From an uncultured Gemmatimonadota bacterium (GTDB lineage Bacteria; Gemmatimonadota; Gemmatimonadetes; Palauibacterales; Palauibacteraceae), in contig CAZRRU010000091.1 of NCBI GenBank assembly GCA_964602635.1, positions 54-64,053 of the forward strand: a stretch of DNA of 64,000 bases, given 5' to 3'. The position numbers and the translations under genes were made by a program. Shown piece by piece: positions 62,034 to 64,000 of this stretch. The notes under the pieces are model-generated. The model worked only from the letters and a program-made list of their open reading frames with translations. It was not told where the DNA came from and did not search any database. Positions within the stretch are counted from its first letter, which is position 1, and the number at the start of each line of letters is the position of its first letter.

Positions 62034-63785
62034 ATGTGCGGAATCGCCGGAATCGTCGCCGAGACACCCTCGCGGGACCTCGTGGAGCGCATGACCCGGA
62101 CCCTCACACACCGGGGTCCGGACGACTCCGGAGTGTGGGAGAGCGATGGAGCCTGCCTTGGTCACACCCGCCTGTCGATCCTCGACCTCTCCTCGGCCGG
62201 CCACCAGCCGATGACGAAAGGCCACCTCACGGTGGTCTACAACGGCGAGATCTACAACTTCCGTGAGCTCAGACGCGGCCTTCCCGGTCCGTTCGCCTCC
62301 GAGACCGATACCGAGGTCCTCCTGCACCTGTACGAGCGCGATGGCGCCGACATGGTGTCCGAGCTCCGCGGGATGTTCGCATTCGCCATCTGGGACGCGC
62401 GCGAGCGCCGCCTGTTCGCGGCGCGCGATCGACTCGGAATCAAGCCGTTCTTCTACTTCGAAACGCAGGGCGGCCTCGCGTTCGGATCGGAGATCAAGGC
62501 CCTGCTCGAGATCGATCGTCCCGACATGGACGTCACGGCCCTGCGCGACTTCTTCTCCTACAAGTACGTCCCGCACCCGAAGACGATCTACGCCGGGATT
62601 CACCGGCTGCCGCCGGCGCACACCCTGTCCTGGGAAGGAGGACGCCTCGAGACGCGCCGCTACTGGGAGCCCAGCGCCGATTCCCACATCACCGACATGG
62701 GCGAGGCGACCGAGCGCCTGGCCGAGTTGCTCGAGCGAGTGGTGCCGGAGCACACGCTCTCGGACGTGCCGGTGGGCCTGTTCCTGAGCGGCGGAATCGA
62801 CTCGACGACCCTGGCGGCCCACCTGGACCAGCCGCGCACCTTCACCCTCGCCGTGGAGTCGGCCCGGTTCAACGAGGCACCGGCGGCTCAGCTCGTGGCA
62901 GCCTACTACGGCGCGGAGCACGTGGAGGAACCGGCTGCCGCGATCGACCTCGCCGAGGCGATCCGCGCGATTCCCCGCCTGTACGACGAGCCGTTCGGAG
63001 ACAGCGCGGCATGGTCCGCGTGGCTCGTGTCCCGGATGGCCGCGCGGCACGTCAAGGTGGCGTTGACGGGGGAGGGCGGCGACGAGCTGTTTCTCGGGTA
63101 CCGGTACTACGACAAGTTTCCCACCTATCGTTCCACGGCTCTGCACCGGGCGCTCGTGGGGCTTTTTCGGCCCTTCTCCGCAGCCGGTCGTTCACTCGGC
63201 CGCCGCGCCGCGACCGGCCTCGAGCGCTACGCGGTCTTCCTGCCGGCTTTCACGGTCCGCCAGAAACAGGCGCTGCTCTCGCCGGACCTGATGGCCTCGG
63301 GCTACGACGACCTGTGGCACGTACGCCGATTCTGGCGGGAAGAGCTCGACCCCCTGAAGCGACTGCAGTGGGCGGACCTGCACGCCCACCTCCCCGGCGG
63401 TCTGCTGACGAAGGTGGACCGGGCGAGCATGGCCCACTCGCTGGAAGCGCGGCCGCCGTTGCTGGACCACCGACTGGTGGAGTTCGCTCTCTCGCTCGAC
63501 ACGAAGCTTCTCCGTGACCCGGCAGCAGGGCAGGGAAAGCTGGTGGTGCGGGAGTTGATGGAGAAGCGGGCACCCGCTGGCCTGTTCGATCGGCCCAAGA
63601 AGGGATTCGGGCTGCCGATTCGCGCGTGGGTCGGCCGTGAACCGGAGTTGCTGGCCAGCGCGTTCGGTCGGCTCACGAGAGCCGGTGTCCTGCGCGGAGG
63701 CTCGATACCCCGGCTCGACAACGACCAGACCTGGTCACTGCTGGTGCTGGATCAGTGGATACGGGACGCCGGCTTCGCAGCGTAG
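62034..63785 (+). CDS. asnB: Asparagine synthase (glutamine-hydrolysing) family amidotransferase
   Basis: 583 aa with the MCGIAGIV Ntn-Cys start and the PP-loop SGGIDS. A biosynthetic AsnB cannot be distinguished from a polysaccharide/peptide-modifying paralog here. Confidence 0.88.
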   Translation: MCGIAGIVAETPSRDLVERMTRTLTHRGPDDSGVWESDGACLGHTRLSILDLSSAGHQPMTKGHLTVVYNGEIYNFRELRRGLPGPFASETDTEVLLHLYERDGADMVSELRGMFAFAIWDARERRLFAARDRLGIKPFFYFETQGGLAFGSEIKALLEIDRPDMDVTALRDFFSYKYVPHPKTIYAGIHRLPPAHTLSWEGGRLETRRYWEPSADSHITDMGEATERLAELLERVVPEHTLSDVPVGLFLSGGIDSTTLAAHLDQPRTFTLAVESARFNEAPAAQLVAAYYGAEHVEEPAAAIDLAEAIRAIPRLYDEPFGDSAAWSAWLVSRMAARHVKVALTGEGGDELFLGYRYYDKFPTYRSTALHRALVGLFRPFSAAGRSLGRRAATGLERYAVFLPAFTVRQKQALLSPDLMASGYDDLWHVRRFWREELDPLKRLQWADLHAHLPGGLLTKVDRASMAHSLEARPPLLDHRLVEFALSLDTKLLRDPAAGQGKLVVRELMEKRAPAGLFDRPKKGFGLPIRAWVGREPELLASAFGRLTRAGVLRGGSIPRLDNDQTWSLLVLDQWIRDAGFAA

Positions 63786-63791
63786 GATCGT

Positions 63792-64000
63792 CTAACGGGG
63801 CAACTGCCCCAGGACCAGCGTCCGGAACTCGTCGATCAGCGCCGCGTTGGCCCCCAGGAAAGCCCCCGGTCCGAGCCCGGCGGGAATGTCGGCGCTCATG
63901 CCCGCCGCCGCCCCGCCGCTCTCGATCCCCGGCACTTCCAGCTCCTCGAACACGCCGCCCGCCTCACGCACGATGAGCGCACCCGCCGCCACATCCCACG
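63792..64000 (-). CDS. Inositol monophosphatase family protein, C-terminal part (the gene runs off the right edge)
   Basis: The track ORF 63792..63992 extends to the window end: ...DVAAGALIVREAGGVFEELE..., which is the conserved WDxAAGxxIxxEAGG end of IMPase/SuhB proteins. Confidence 0.75.
   Translation of the reverse strand, partial: WDVAAGALIVREAGGVFEELEVPGIESGGAAAGMSADIPAGLGPGAFLGANAALIDEFRTLVLGQLPR

Overview
This is a GC-rich chromosomal segment with strong G/C preference at codon position 3. It comes from a diderm bacterium: Omp85/TamB, Lgt, an OM beta-barrel protein and a TonB-C lipoprotein are all present. The protein flavour suggests Gemmatimonadota-like lineages, but I cannot verify that without a search. 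I support about 58 protein-coding genes, one ncRNA (bacterial type-A RNase P RNA) and one yajC gene interrupted by an in-frame TAG. I saw no rRNA, tRNA, CRISPR array, transposase or integrase.

Layout:
- 1-14.5 kb, minus strand: a translationally coupled ferredoxin-redox operon (korA-korB-orphan-rnfB-giant PFOR-rnfC, running off the left edge), then hpt, an OM beta-barrel protein and a YVTN beta-propeller. rnpB and a small HTH gene sit at the strand switch.
- 14.7-60.9 kb, plus strand, one co-directional block:
  - ECF sigma, a large anti-sigma, a secreted 3-Cys microprotein, a membrane-anchored 6-bladed propeller, an M16 peptidase pair and a Nudix hydrolase.
  - A second ECF sigma/anti-sigma pair, then holA, a SPOR protein, mutS, a TonB-C lipoprotein, a cysK-like gene, ddl and a rhomboid protease.
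  - An EF-G paralog, yebC, ruvCAB, queA, tgt and yajC(TAG).
  - def, fmt, thiE, thiS, thiG, rsmB, a PASTA protein, a YbbR protein, tsaD and lgt.
  - Omp85/TamB, htpX, a lipid kinase, uvrA and a PspB-like/YbjN-like/PspA module.
- 60.9-64 kb: queD and queE (minus), asnB-like (plus) and the 3' end of an inositol monophosphatase gene (minus).

Most of the window is housekeeping. The items most worth a second look are:
- the PFOR gene inserted between rnfB and rnfC, together with an orphan protein in the same operon;
- the PFOR C-terminal ferredoxin-like tail;
- the ECF-linked microprotein/propeller pair;
- the amber codon in yajC;
- an EF-G paralog with a degenerate NKxD motif.

The ORF track uses ATG/GTG/TTG starts and prints M for all of them. 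Many long track ORFs are antisense or out-of-frame shadows typical of high-GC DNA.
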